Virus record (IMG/VR): IMGVR_UViG_3300032218_000035
Span: 1-31,638 of that record
Length of the DNA stretch: 31,638 nt
Direction: 5' to 3' (one strand)
Source: a virus
Taxonomy: Duplodnaviria > Caudoviricetes
Position 1 is the first letter of the stretch. Every line of letters starts with the position of its first letter. Under the pieces are notes generated by a model, which made no database searches, had not been told where the DNA came from, and saw only the letters and a program-made list of their open reading frames with translations. The translations under genes were made by a program, and so were the position numbers. Below, piece after piece: positions 1 through 10,076 of this stretch.

Positions 1-91
1 CCATGTTGGCTTCTAGCTTGTCGATCTTGGCTTCCATAGATTCGACCTTTTGCCACAGAACGCCATATTTGACCAAATCAATATCAGACAT
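1..91 (-). CDS. 5' part of a small coiled-coil protein, probable first gene of the lysis region (holin-like); partial
   Basis: Manual translation MSDIDLVKYGVLWQKVESMEAKIDKLEANM..., runs off the window edge. The ATG overlaps the upstream gene's stop (TAATG at 89-93). Not in the ORF track; the holin role is inferred from position only. Confidence 0.6.
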   Translation of the reverse strand, partial: MSDIDLVKYGVLWQKVESMEAKIDKLEANM

Positions 92-2349
92 TATTGCCCC
101 AAATCGCTTAATTTGTTTTGACCTTTTTGCCGTGTGCCAGCACCTAATTCAAGTGCTTTGCGGGTTTCGGCTTCTGCGGCTCGTCTGGCTCTCATTTCCA
201 TGACAGTTGTTCCAAGCTGTAAGCCTGGCACAGCCACATTCAAACCCTTTTCAACGCCCATGGAAACGCCTTTACCCGCCTTTTCAGCAAGTGACCCCAC
301 CAATGTATTGGAGTTGTTTACAAACGCACCACGGGGCTGTGCTTGGGTATATCGTGCCACATTTCCCAAAGTCTTGAGTTGTGAAGCGGCTTCTTGGTTA
401 AAAATAGCGTTTAGATTTTGGACATCATCCAATCTCTTGAGAGCTTTGTTGTATCCCGCTTGGCTGAAATTGCCATTGCCATCAACAATTCCCGCTTTGT
501 CTGTAAGCCAGTTGACAGTTCCCGCAGCCATGTGCTGATGGGCGGGTGAGTCTACGCCTAAGTTTTGAACCATTGTGTTGATGTTTTTATTCACGCCATT
601 CACAACAAACTTGTCAATGAACTTGTCAGCGGGAACAGCATCATCCACAGCCGCTTTCATGGCGGGGTCTTTTTCAAGCATTTGAAATCTTGCTCTTGCA
701 GATGCTCTGGCTTTGTCAGCCAAAGGTTTAAGCGCTGCGGCTTCTTTCTGAAGTGGCAACTTTTCCAATTCTTCAATCATGTAGCCAGCGGCTTTGCGAA
801 CACTTCCGTCTTGGCTTGTTCTAGCAATATCGCCAAGATTTCTTCTCAAAGACAAATAGTCCTCAAAGGTCATGGAATTGTTTTCAGCCAATCGTTTCAA
901 TTCACTAAACTGACCCGCTGGCGCTTCGTTAGACAACAATTCTTTTTTAAGTTTTGTCTGTACATTTTGAAGCAACTTTGGTGCATCAACAGGAAATTGA
1001 CCACCAGCCGCATCACGCAAGGCTTTGTAGTCTGCATCAATTCCTGTGTTTAATTTGTTGTCCAAATCTTTATAAGCATCAATGATGCCTTGACTGTTCT
1101 CAATCTTCTTTGTGCCGTAAACATCAGGGGCGGCTTTGTCACGAATCAAACCAAGATTCTCAACCAACTGACCATTCTGTTCATTGAATCGTTGTGCCAA
1201 CACAGGGTCTTTGCCACGCCTGTTTTGCTCATTGGACAACTTGACCACATCACCAGTGGCTTGGCCTTCTGTCAATCGAACAGGCACAGGCAAGGTATCA
1301 GCCTCAATGTGTCTTTGCAATGTCGGGATATTGACTTCATTGACAGGGATTGAAGAAATGGTTTGTTGTAGTTCAGGAGTCGCCACAGATAAGGCTTGCT
1401 TGATTGTGGTGGCATCGGGAACGACAGCAGCGCCAGCGCTTACCATGCCAGGCTTGGCAACAGTACCAGATGGGGTGGCAGATGGGGCAGCAGGGGTAAG
1501 TTCAGCAGCGGCAGTCTTTAAACCTCTGACAACTTTAGGTGCAGCCGCACCACCCGCCATCATTGCCGCATTAATTGCGTTTTCCACATCGGCAGCAGGA
1601 ACGCCAAATTTCTGAGCAATTGATTGTGCGCCTTCACCAATATTCTTGCCAATGTATTCCATCACTTGAGTTGGCAATGCTTGACGATAACCCGCAGTTT
1701 GATTCAATCCTGTCAAACGACCAACAGGCTCGGCAAGTGCGCCACCGACCTTTTGTGAGGCTTCTGTGGCTTGTTCAGGCGACAGACCAAACAAACGACC
1801 CGCACCATAACCAATTGTGCTTGCAATAGCAGAGGGGGCGCTTGCCACCACATCAGCGGCAGATGCCAGAAAGCCTGGAACTTGTCGCTTCATTTCTAAG
1901 CCTGTGCCTAATATGCTACCAACAAGACTTTTTACTTTTGTCGGTTCTTCTTTGGGTTTTTCTTTTTCACCAACATTTAAAGAATCTATGTAATCAGCAA
2001 AGGTCTTGCCTTCAGGATTTTTGTTAGGCATCAATACCGCATGAACAGGGTCTTTAGAACCTAATGGTCGATAAATTCCATATTGATTCAAAAATGATTC
2101 AGGCACAGAAGCTGGTATGTCTGCGGCTTCATTGGTTTCGTGCTTGGAAGTGCCAGGCGCAGCCACCATGTTTGGATTCTTAGAACGCTCTGCATACAAC
2201 TTTTCTTGTTCAGCCTTAGAACGAAACCCACTTGTAATGGGCATATCTTTGCCGAACTGTTTGCGATAAGCATCTTTAGCATCGCTCAAACGAGTCTGAA
2301 ACTCATTGTCACCTGAAACTGTATCAATATAGTCGGCAAAGGTAGGCAT
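91..2349 (-). CDS. Large DNA ejection/internal virion protein with N-terminal peptidase M15 (peptidoglycan hydrolase) domain
   Basis: N-terminal ITSGFRSKAEQEKLY...APGTSKHETNEAADI...DPVH matches the M15 SxH-x5/6-D...H Zn-ligand pattern. The remainder is Ala-rich and helical. It is the last of three ejection-position genes, as in P22 gp7-20-16. Confidence 0.75.
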   Translation of the reverse strand: MPTFADYIDTVSGDNEFQTRLSDAKDAYRKQFGKDMPITSGFRSKAEQEKLYAERSKNPNMVAAPGTSKHETNEAADIPASVPESFLNQYGIYRPLGSKDPVHAVLMPNKNPEGKTFADYIDSLNVGEKEKPKEEPTKVKSLVGSILGTGLEMKRQVPGFLASAADVVASAPSAIASTIGYGAGRLFGLSPEQATEASQKVGGALAEPVGRLTGLNQTAGYRQALPTQVMEYIGKNIGEGAQSIAQKFGVPAADVENAINAAMMAGGAAAPKVVRGLKTAAAELTPAAPSATPSGTVAKPGMVSAGAAVVPDATTIKQALSVATPELQQTISSIPVNEVNIPTLQRHIEADTLPVPVRLTEGQATGDVVKLSNEQNRRGKDPVLAQRFNEQNGQLVENLGLIRDKAAPDVYGTKKIENSQGIIDAYKDLDNKLNTGIDADYKALRDAAGGQFPVDAPKLLQNVQTKLKKELLSNEAPAGQFSELKRLAENNSMTFEDYLSLRRNLGDIARTSQDGSVRKAAGYMIEELEKLPLQKEAAALKPLADKARASARARFQMLEKDPAMKAAVDDAVPADKFIDKFVVNGVNKNINTMVQNLGVDSPAHQHMAAGTVNWLTDKAGIVDGNGNFSQAGYNKALKRLDDVQNLNAIFNQEAASQLKTLGNVARYTQAQPRGAFVNNSNTLVGSLAEKAGKGVSMGVEKGLNVAVPGLQLGTTVMEMRARRAAEAETRKALELGAGTRQKGQNKLSDLGQ

Positions 2350-3698
2350 TATTTCAACACTCCCAACTGACGGGCTTTGTCACGCATAAGTTTGATTTGT
2401 GTTTGTTCTTCTTTTGACATTGAGTTCCACATTTTCTGTGCATCTTCTTTTGTCATTTCTTGGAACAATCGTGCATCAGAAATTGAATCAAAATCTGACT
2501 TGCGTTGCATATAAGTATTAGCGTCATTTTGTGCAGGAACTAAATAATTAGCCCTTGCTAAACGCATCTTTTCAATACCTAAAAGTTGATCTGTAACCCT
2601 AGCAATACCTTCTTTGGTCATTTTGCTATTTGGGTTTGCAAACTCAGCCAAAGCACGAGCCGCATCTGTATTGCCACCAGCCATTTGCAACAACTTGGTG
2701 TTCTTCATCAGTTCATCAGTTGATGATGTTTCCAAAGTATATGCAGGGATGCCCAACATTTGAGCAAAACTAGCAACAGCCTGTCTGCGCTCTGCTGTTG
2801 GGCCAGTAAGCGCTTCAGGTGCAAGTTTCTTAATATTTTGAAAGATGCCAATTCTTTGTGGCGCATCTTTGGCTTCAGCAATAGTGCGGGGCAAATCTTC
2901 TTTCAATACATTGCCACTAGCTTCTAATACGCCAGCTTGTGCAGCGCCAAGACCTGTAACCATAGGCTGATTGCTACGCTGAGACAAAGGGCCAAGCAAT
3001 TCAGTTTGGCCTGATGGTTTCATAATTTGTTGTGTTGGAGGAACTTGTTGTTCATAAGCAGTGCCTGGGATAACTTGACCAGGCACATAAGGGCCAAACT
3101 GACCCGTTTGAACAGTGTATCCACCCGCACCATTTTGAACACCAATACCGCTTGGTTGCATTGCGGTGAGTCGTGAGCCTTGATCCAAAGTGCTTAACAA
3201 TTTGTCTTTCAAGAACTGACGAACACCCGCAGGATTTTTGGTTTGCTCTAAATAAGGTTGCAACAACTGATCTGCTTTATCTTTGGGAATACCCATAGCA
3301 GATGCTTGTTCTTCGCCATATTTTCTAACAACATCCATCAACTTAGCAGAATCAACTGCTTGTGGATTTTGCTCGGCAGTAATGATTAAAGGATTGTTGA
3401 TTAGGCTTGTTAAACGACCCGCAACAGCATTGACTTGTTTAGTAGCAAAATCTAATTTAGATGATTCTGCGCCTGTCTCTGTAGTCTGTGCAGAGGCTTC
3501 AGCACTACGAATACGGGGCTGTTCAGTGCCTGTTGCCACATTAGTTTCAGCTTGCATACGCTGAAGTTCCAATGGGTTTGTTTGGGCGGCTTGTTGGTAA
3601 GCCTGTGCGCCACGGGCAAGATTAATCATGTCCCCAAGAGACGCACCTTGCACTGGCTTAATTTGTGTTGCTACAGGGGTAATATTAAAATCTGCCAT
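2349..3698 (-). CDS. Putative DNA ejection protein (P22 gp20 position)
   Basis: 449 aa, Gln/Ala-rich and helical; syntenic position between the gp7-like and large ejection genes. Confidence 0.55.
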   Translation of the reverse strand: MADFNITPVATQIKPVQGASLGDMINLARGAQAYQQAAQTNPLELQRMQAETNVATGTEQPRIRSAEASAQTTETGAESSKLDFATKQVNAVAGRLTSLINNPLIITAEQNPQAVDSAKLMDVVRKYGEEQASAMGIPKDKADQLLQPYLEQTKNPAGVRQFLKDKLLSTLDQGSRLTAMQPSGIGVQNGAGGYTVQTGQFGPYVPGQVIPGTAYEQQVPPTQQIMKPSGQTELLGPLSQRSNQPMVTGLGAAQAGVLEASGNVLKEDLPRTIAEAKDAPQRIGIFQNIKKLAPEALTGPTAERRQAVASFAQMLGIPAYTLETSSTDELMKNTKLLQMAGGNTDAARALAEFANPNSKMTKEGIARVTDQLLGIEKMRLARANYLVPAQNDANTYMQRKSDFDSISDARLFQEMTKEDAQKMWNSMSKEEQTQIKLMRDKARQLGVLK

Positions 3699-3701
3699 TT
3701 T

Positions 3702-4508
3702 TTATCCAACAGTAGGTTTGAAATAGTCACCAAGCGCACCTGTGGGGACAGCGCCTGTACCTGTTGCACTACCTTGTGGGGTCAAAAATTGAGACAACAT
3801 TAAGTTGTTTCCAAGACCACCTAAAGCGCCAGAATACGCATTAGCCGCACCAACTTGACCCGCACCCAAAGCAGAAGCACCACCAATTGCCAATTGACCA
3901 AGATTTGATGCTGTATTTGTTCCCAAAGTATTTGCTTGAGTTTGAGCCGCTTGACCGATGCCAGCAAGGGAAGCCAAACGATTGTAGATATTCGTTTGTT
4001 GCGTTTGGCCTTGGTTAAAACCTTGAGCCTGTTGTTGCATATAGTTGTTCAAAGCATTTTGATACGCATTAGATGCGTAATCTTCGGCAAACTTAGTTCT
4101 TGCCAAATTGACATTGCTTCCACCACCACCAACATTCATGGCTTGACCCGTAGCGCCAAGACCTTGCTGTTTCATAAACTCATAGTTAGGGGCAAGATTT
4201 GTTTTTAAATCTTCCGCTGTAAATGGTTTATATCCCTCTTGCTGTTGCGTAAAGTACGGCAACATTTCATTAATCTTTGCCAAGCCACCATAGCCAGATG
4301 TGCGATATGGCTCTTGCTGTGCATTAAGAATGTCAAACATCTCACGCTGTTGTTTGGCAGCGTCTTGAGTTGATTGATATTGAAGTTGGGAGGCATTTTG
4401 AGCCGCACTAGCTTGTTTACCTGCACCGATAGTGTTCAATATGGCAGAGCCAGCAACGGCTGTTCCAACTGGCCCTAAAAACGATATTGCTGATGCAATC
4501 CAAGTCAT
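3702..4508 (-). CDS. DNA transfer/ejection protein, P22 gp7-like
   Basis: Gly/Ala/Gln-rich with a hydrophobic N-terminus and PNYEFMKQQG and YNRLASLAGIGQ motifs. Start placed at ATG 4508 behind an AAGGGG SD. Confidence 0.7.
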   Translation of the reverse strand: MTWIASAISFLGPVGTAVAGSAILNTIGAGKQASAAQNASQLQYQSTQDAAKQQREMFDILNAQQEPYRTSGYGGLAKINEMLPYFTQQQEGYKPFTAEDLKTNLAPNYEFMKQQGLGATGQAMNVGGGGSNVNLARTKFAEDYASNAYQNALNNYMQQQAQGFNQGQTQQTNIYNRLASLAGIGQAAQTQANTLGTNTASNLGQLAIGGASALGAGQVGAANAYSGALGGLGNNLMLSQFLTPQGSATGTGAVPTGALGDYFKPTVG

Positions 4509-4509
4509 A

Positions 4510-4953
4510 TTATTCCCCTTCAATTCTTAATTTTTTGATGTCATTATTGGCATCAAAAAGTGCGGTTGTATCAGGCTCGATCAACTCAGCTTCAATTTCA
4601 TCAAGATCGGTCTTGTCAGTTCTGTGAATAGTGATGCCAATTGCATCGGTCACAGCCAGAGTAACTCGTTTTGTTCCAGGCTGAGATTCCACAACATCCC
4701 CCACCTGAAGCCTTTTCATTCCGCTTTCTGTCCACGCAATTATCTCGCCTTTTGCACATAAAAAAAAGTGGGGTTCTTTATGAACTTTTCCCACAATTAA
4801 AGTGCCAGCGGGTCGAAAGACTTTCCGCATATACATTCCAAGGCTGAAATGATGTTCTGTCGTTAATTCAGCCTGTGGCATTGCCACCATTTCGCTTTGT
4901 AGGCGATCAACTTGTTCACGGGAAACATATTCTGGCAACTCTAAATCGTTCAA
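4510..4953 (-). CDS. Cupin-like (double-stranded beta-helix) hypothetical protein
   Basis: HHFSLGMYMRKVFRPAGTLIVGKVHKEPHFFLCAKGEI...GDVVESQPGTKR resembles cupin motifs 1 and 2. Confidence 0.55.
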   Translation of the reverse strand: MNDLELPEYVSREQVDRLQSEMVAMPQAELTTEHHFSLGMYMRKVFRPAGTLIVGKVHKEPHFFLCAKGEIIAWTESGMKRLQVGDVVESQPGTKRVTLAVTDAIGITIHRTDKTDLDEIEAELIEPDTTALFDANNDIKKLRIEGE

Positions 4954-5213
4954 AATGTGCCTCCCTTAACCCCATTTAGGGCGGTGAAATCGGTGAATTT
5001 ACCCGCTGCGGGGGTTGTCAATCCAATGGTGGAATTATTGATCGTTACATTGGTAATTGAGCCACCAGTGATGTTCATGTTGGTTGTCGTAAAACTGACC
5101 ACATTTGGGTTCATCAGCCACAGCAACCATTCTTGAGATGGGCGACCTGTGTTGACATCCAAAAAAGGCGAATAAGGGATGTTAATGTTGGCATTTGGAA
5201 TTGCCGTAGCCAT
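4950..5213 (-). CDS. Small virion protein at the tail-needle (gp26) position
   Basis: Follows the gp10-like gene. N-terminal PFLDVNTGRPSQEWLLWL, then a Thr/Asn-rich beta repeat. Confidence 0.5.
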   Translation of the reverse strand: MATAIPNANINIPYSPFLDVNTGRPSQEWLLWLMNPNVVSFTTTNMNITGGSITNVTINNSTIGLTTPAAGKFTDFTALNGVKGGTF

Positions 5214-6691
5214 TAGTTATCCCCTGCGCTTGCTTTGAGATTGGCAGAAACAATGACCGCCTTGATGGGGTCAGAAATCACCACCTCAAAGATTCTGTCC
5301 CTTGACCATCCCAAACGCCTCCAAATGGCTCGGTTCAAATATTGACCAATTTTGCCAATAGTCACCCAATGTTCGTTTGACCAAGTAGAGCCACCATCGT
5401 TTGACCATCTAAGCATGGCTTGTGGGTCGTTGCCTTGACCAGTGGGGAGGCCAACGCCAGGCTGAAATTGGATTTGGAACTCCTCAAAATACTGACGCTG
5501 TAAGTCAGTAGTCAGATGCTTTGCTCTACGCAAACGCCTAATGGTTGCACCATCATCGGTGTAAACTTCATTTTCAATGCTATATAACTTGCCGTTTTCG
5601 TAATCGCCTACGATATACATATTGTTGAAATAAGCACCGCAGTTTGAACGATGGCGTTTATAAACACTTTTATCTGCATCCCAAGCAAGCCATTTGTGCC
5701 ATGACTTTGTTGACCCGTCATAAACCCATGTCAAGCCATACTGACCCACAGATGGAAAAGTGCAAACATACATTTCATGACCTTCAATCTGAAATGTGTA
5801 AGCAAACGCATCGCTTGTGACTTCATTTAACAAAGATTGCTCAACAGCATGGGTGGAAATCTTTACCCAAGAATAACCTTGCATCATCTCAATGGTTGAG
5901 TCGCCACGAGTGTCTTTTGCCACACAGACAAAAGAATCGGCAAATCTTGCAAGTGAGAATCGTGCGCCAATACCAGACTGGCTAAAAGTGCCAGGCACTC
6001 GTTGGAATGGGAAAGTGGTGATGCCAGCAATCACATTACCCACATCAGTCCAAACCTCGGTGGTCACTTCGCCCAACAAATAAACTTGTCTGCGGTCAGC
6101 AATCAGCGTGACAAGTAAATCTGACGATCCATCAGAACTGCCGTAGAGTGCTTGAGTTGAATATTGTGAGCCAAGATCAGTACAAGCCCAATTCTGTGAA
6201 TTTGGCTCGTTGTAAATGTTGTAGTTGTCAATCACATCCACCACATCAGCACCTTGCCACGGGCCATCAGAGGCTGGCAATTTGGTAAAAGTGTTAGTAG
6301 AAACAACCCATGTGTAACGATCAATTCCGTCAACAATGTAAGCAATCAAACCATCGGCATTGGTAATGTTGTCAGAAATTGAGACTTTGCCAACAGTAGT
6401 GGATAAAGTGCCAATCTGAGTGGCAGCCATCAAAGTGTCAACTTTGTAAACAATGTTTCCAGCTACGGCAATCAGGATTTTTTCGCCTGACATTGTGTGA
6501 AGCCCACGGACTTCATCTTGTACTAGTTGAGTCTGGAATTTTAGGCCTGGCGTTGGATACAGCGCCACAATCCCACGCTCACCCTGTTGCTTAGTAGGAT
6601 CAATCTCAGCAAAGAAATTGATGCACTCCTGATCGTCTTGGTAGATCGATGGGGCAGTGTAGGATGTGCCAACAAAGCCAAAGTCTGCCAT
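5213..6691 (-). CDS. Packaged-DNA stabilization / tail hub protein, P22 gp10-like
   Basis: 492 aa. LGEVTTEVW, TWVYDGSTKSWH, MLRWSNDGGSTWS and WRRLG motifs are typical of the gp10 family. Confidence 0.85.
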   Translation of the reverse strand: MADFGFVGTSYTAPSIYQDDQECINFFAEIDPTKQQGERGIVALYPTPGLKFQTQLVQDEVRGLHTMSGEKILIAVAGNIVYKVDTLMAATQIGTLSTTVGKVSISDNITNADGLIAYIVDGIDRYTWVVSTNTFTKLPASDGPWQGADVVDVIDNYNIYNEPNSQNWACTDLGSQYSTQALYGSSDGSSDLLVTLIADRRQVYLLGEVTTEVWTDVGNVIAGITTFPFQRVPGTFSQSGIGARFSLARFADSFVCVAKDTRGDSTIEMMQGYSWVKISTHAVEQSLLNEVTSDAFAYTFQIEGHEMYVCTFPSVGQYGLTWVYDGSTKSWHKWLAWDADKSVYKRHRSNCGAYFNNMYIVGDYENGKLYSIENEVYTDDGATIRRLRRAKHLTTDLQRQYFEEFQIQFQPGVGLPTGQGNDPQAMLRWSNDGGSTWSNEHWVTIGKIGQYLNRAIWRRLGWSRDRIFEVVISDPIKAVIVSANLKASAGDN

Positions 6692-7665
6692 TATCGGAAG
6701 CCTCCATCCATGATGAAGCCAGCGTCTTTCGCACGACCCACCATCAGGCTCTCAGGGTATCGTGCAATCTGAACAGGCTTCATGTTAGTGCGCTTGATCG
6801 TTGCCTTGCCTTGTGCTGCATAAGCATTGATCAAACCAATCTGAACTTGATTGACCTTGCCAAACATGGGCAACAGTCTTTCAGCCAAGCACCACCGCAA
6901 AGCCATGTTGTAGCCTTGGGGCAGTTGGATGGTGTCATTCAAAGTTTGGAATTCTCTGAAAATTGTTTGTGTGAACAAATGCAACTCACCTTGAGAGGGG
7001 TTGGGGTAAACATAGATTGTCCCCAACAACTCTGATGGCTGATAATAAATGCCCTTTGCCCAAGGGCCATTCAATTGCTTGATGCCGATGGATTCATATT
7101 CTTCAAGGCTAAAGATTGTCAGAGGATAGTCTAAATATCCACCCGCAATGTTTGAGCCGCCTTGCATGGTAGCCACACGAACAAACCCTGATTCAATCGT
7201 CAAGGGGCGCTCATAATAGGCTGTAATCGTTGTGCTAGACGCTGTTTGACTTGGGCTGACAGTGTATGTGCCGCCCTCGTTTACATCGCCACCAGCGCCT
7301 GTTTTAAAGGCAACAATCCGAGTTCCCGCAGTAATGCCTGTGCCACTCAGCGTCATGCCAATATTAATGCCACCCGCAGTCACGCCATTAGCGGGGACTG
7401 TCAAAGTATTACCTGAAATTGAGCCTGTAAAAGTAGCGCCCATTTGACCGCTTGGGCCAATGGTGTACTGAACTTGATTTTGGGTTGTTTTGAAAATGAT
7501 TTCTGATCGATAGAAAACCATCATGTTTTCATTTGACCATTGGGCAAGCATATCGTTGAGCATATCAAGACCATCTTGCGCCTCATCAGCCGTTGGCACT
7601 TCACCAGCGGCAATTGCGCCAATGTCCTTCATGGCTCTGGTGACAATATCAATTGGCTGAGTCAT
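6691..7665 (-). CDS. Head-tail adaptor, P22 gp4-like, with an inserted beta-rich domain
   Basis: [11 protein letters not shown]...[24 protein letters not shown]-terminus and [18 protein letters not shown]-terminus; directly upstream of the gp10-like gene. Confidence 0.75.
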   Translation of the reverse strand: MTQPIDIVTRAMKDIGAIAAGEVPTADEAQDGLDMLNDMLAQWSNENMMVFYRSEIIFKTTQNQVQYTIGPSGQMGATFTGSISGNTLTVPANGVTAGGINIGMTLSGTGITAGTRIVAFKTGAGGDVNEGGTYTVSPSQTASSTTITAYYERPLTIESGFVRVATMQGGSNIAGGYLDYPLTIFSLEEYESIGIKQLNGPWAKGIYYQPSELLGTIYVYPNPSQGELHLFTQTIFREFQTLNDTIQLPQGYNMALRWCLAERLLPMFGKVNQVQIGLINAYAAQGKATIKRTNMKPVQIARYPESLMVGRAKDAGFIMDGGFR

Positions 7666-7686
7666 TTTTTATCCTCTAACAACAAG

Positions 7687-7956
7687 TTAGCAATCAACAG
7701 CACCTGCATATTCAGGCAATGATTTAATGTAATCATAAGCCTGTGCAATGAAGTTTTTTGAATCACTTTCAACAGATGGCACAAAAGCAAATGTTTCTTC
7801 ACGATAAACACGATTTTTTTCTGCGTTCATCACATCCATTTTGATGTGCATTTGCGCTTTGTCGCCAACCAATTTGGTGACTTTACAGTAGCAATTTGCC
7901 AAAGTTGAAATTTGACCAAAGTTGTTTTCTGCGCTGATACTGATTTGAAGTGCCAT
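7687..7956 (-). CDS. Hypothetical tail-associated protein (possible spike chaperone)
   Basis: 89 aa directly downstream of the tailspike, C-terminal NFIAQAYDYIKSLPEYAGAVDC, AAGGA SD. Confidence 0.5.
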   Translation of the reverse strand: MALQISISAENNFGQISTLANCYCKVTKLVGDKAQMHIKMDVMNAEKNRVYREETFAFVPSVESDSKNFIAQAYDYIKSLPEYAGAVDC

Positions 7957-7967
7957 GATCTTTCCTT

Positions 7968-10076
7968 TTACAAAATTGTGATTTGAGAATTGCCCATACC
8001 GCCGCCAATGACTTGAATTCCAACCCGCGCTGTTTCACTTGTTGATCCCGAAGTTGTTGTTCGAATGGTCAACAATGCGCCAGCCAAAACAAATGAAAGG
8101 CTCATGTTTACGCCTGTAATGTTCGTGATGTTTTGCTCAACCAAAACACCTGATCCATTTTCATTGATTAGGCTTTCGCGTGTAGCACATCTTGCACCAC
8201 CAGCACTTGAGTTGTAATTTGCAACCACTTTAATTGTTGCGGCTTTACCTGTAAATGCGCCAAAATCAATTGTGTACCAATCAGTGGATGAAGCGGCTGA
8301 AACTGTTTTTACGCCAGTATTTCCCCAACTTGCATATTTGGCAACATAGTTACCAATCACAGACGATCCACCCGACAAATCAAGCATTGGCTTTGCGCTT
8401 GCTTGGTTTGTGAATGGAGAAGTTACAGCACCACCACGGCCCATTGATACAGCACTGATTCGAATGGTAAATGGATTAGCAGATGTAAAACGCAACAGGC
8501 CACCAGTCATGCCAGTTGCCATGATCCATCCATTACTTAATCTAAATAAGTTGGCTGAACCATAAAGGAAAGTTGATGCGCCTGGCTGAAACACCTCAAT
8601 TGACGCATCGCCTGAAGTCACTTTGTAAATGACTGCATACGACATTGGTGTATAGTTGTTTCCATTATCAGAAACTGAGTTTGTAACACCACAAACAGCA
8701 AAAGCAACACTGCTAGAAAATTGAACAGCTTTACCAAGTCCTGTTGGCTCTGTGCTATCAGAAACAACTGAAGCACTCATGCTAACTTGATAAAAACAAG
8801 CGGGATAGCCACTTTCATTTAAGACTGACCAATCACCGCCCAAAAGCACATTGCCATTTGGAGAAATTTGAGGGGCGACACGGGCTTCTCCTGCAAGTGG
8901 TGCTGGCTCTCCCGAATATGGAATGTTGAAGCCAATTTGACCACCACCCATTGTGTTGCTGCTTTCACCTGAGAAGTGGGTGTTTTCAATTTGCCATGAA
9001 TCGCCATAAACGCCACGAACAGGTGATTCATTGTAAAGACCAATGATGCGGTTAATGCCGCCTGATGTAACGCCATTTCCAAGACTGTCACCAATCACCA
9101 TGCCGTAAATATTGCTATCGGGGGCGGTAATTCCTTGACCAGTATCAGTAAACAATTCACACGCCAAAATTTGGTTCATGTGAAAACTTTGATATGGATA
9201 TGATCCCGCAGTCCAGCCAACATAACCAGTGTTTTTGACCCAAAAATTGGTAAAACGGCACTCGTTAAATTGGTTTAAGTTAACAGGGCCATAACGCTGA
9301 TCACAAACAACACTAGCCAAATCGCTACTTGTAAATGTGTTGTAATAAAAACCATAAAAGTTTCCTGCTGGAGGAACATCACCGCCCAAATATGTTTTGC
9401 CACTAACAGTCAAACCTGTGTAAGCACAATACCAAGAAGAAATGCGGCAATCACCAGTGATGTGAATACTGTTAGCTTCACACTGTTTTCCCCAAAATGT
9501 ATTACCAAAACTAGTCGAACCAACAATGGTCATGTTTTGAATAATGGCGCAATTTTTAATGCAAAACCATGCTTTGTTCAAGCCATAGCCAACACCAGCC
9601 GTTGCGTAAGGATCAATCACAACATCAGGAACAACTTTGTAAGACTTAGATAAGCCATCAATTGTGCGGCCCGCTGCGGCATCAAACATGGCGTTCATAG
9701 CCACAGTGTCATTGGTGACACCATCGCCCTTTGCACCAAACATCAAAGGGGTCAAAATTGGTGAAGTCAGATCACCAATTGAAGTAATAGATGGAATGTT
9801 GTCGTAGGTGTTTAACAAAGTTCCTGTGGCAGTTTTAACAACATATTTGTAAAGCTGATCAGGTGTTACCCAAATTTCACCGCTTGGCACTCTACCCGCA
9901 GAATCTAAAACGATTGGATTGCTTTGAGCAATTGATCCTGAACTTGATGTGTAGGTTGTCGCTGGTGTGTTAGTTCCTGCCAAGTAAGAATAGATCAATC
10001 CTCCCGCTAATGGGATGCCATTGTTGTCAAATAGTTGCTGCCCAACGCCAGCAAAACAGGAAAGATTGACTGTCAT
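7968..10076 (-). CDS. Tailspike / receptor-binding protein with beta-helix (pectate-lyase-like) domain
   Basis: N-terminal particle-binding domain (FDNNGIPLAGGLIYSYLAGTNTPATTY...NPIVLDSAGR), followed by the FGAKGDGVTNDTVAM beta-helix cap motif. Confidence 0.85.
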   Translation of the reverse strand: MTVNLSCFAGVGQQLFDNNGIPLAGGLIYSYLAGTNTPATTYTSSSGSIAQSNPIVLDSAGRVPSGEIWVTPDQLYKYVVKTATGTLLNTYDNIPSITSIGDLTSPILTPLMFGAKGDGVTNDTVAMNAMFDAAAGRTIDGLSKSYKVVPDVVIDPYATAGVGYGLNKAWFCIKNCAIIQNMTIVGSTSFGNTFWGKQCEANSIHITGDCRISSWYCAYTGLTVSGKTYLGGDVPPAGNFYGFYYNTFTSSDLASVVCDQRYGPVNLNQFNECRFTNFWVKNTGYVGWTAGSYPYQSFHMNQILACELFTDTGQGITAPDSNIYGMVIGDSLGNGVTSGGINRIIGLYNESPVRGVYGDSWQIENTHFSGESSNTMGGGQIGFNIPYSGEPAPLAGEARVAPQISPNGNVLLGGDWSVLNESGYPACFYQVSMSASVVSDSTEPTGLGKAVQFSSSVAFAVCGVTNSVSDNGNNYTPMSYAVIYKVTSGDASIEVFQPGASTFLYGSANLFRLSNGWIMATGMTGGLLRFTSANPFTIRISAVSMGRGGAVTSPFTNQASAKPMLDLSGGSSVIGNYVAKYASWGNTGVKTVSAASSTDWYTIDFGAFTGKAATIKVVANYNSSAGGARCATRESLINENGSGVLVEQNITNITGVNMSLSFVLAGALLTIRTTTSGSTSETARVGIQVIGGGMGNSQITIL

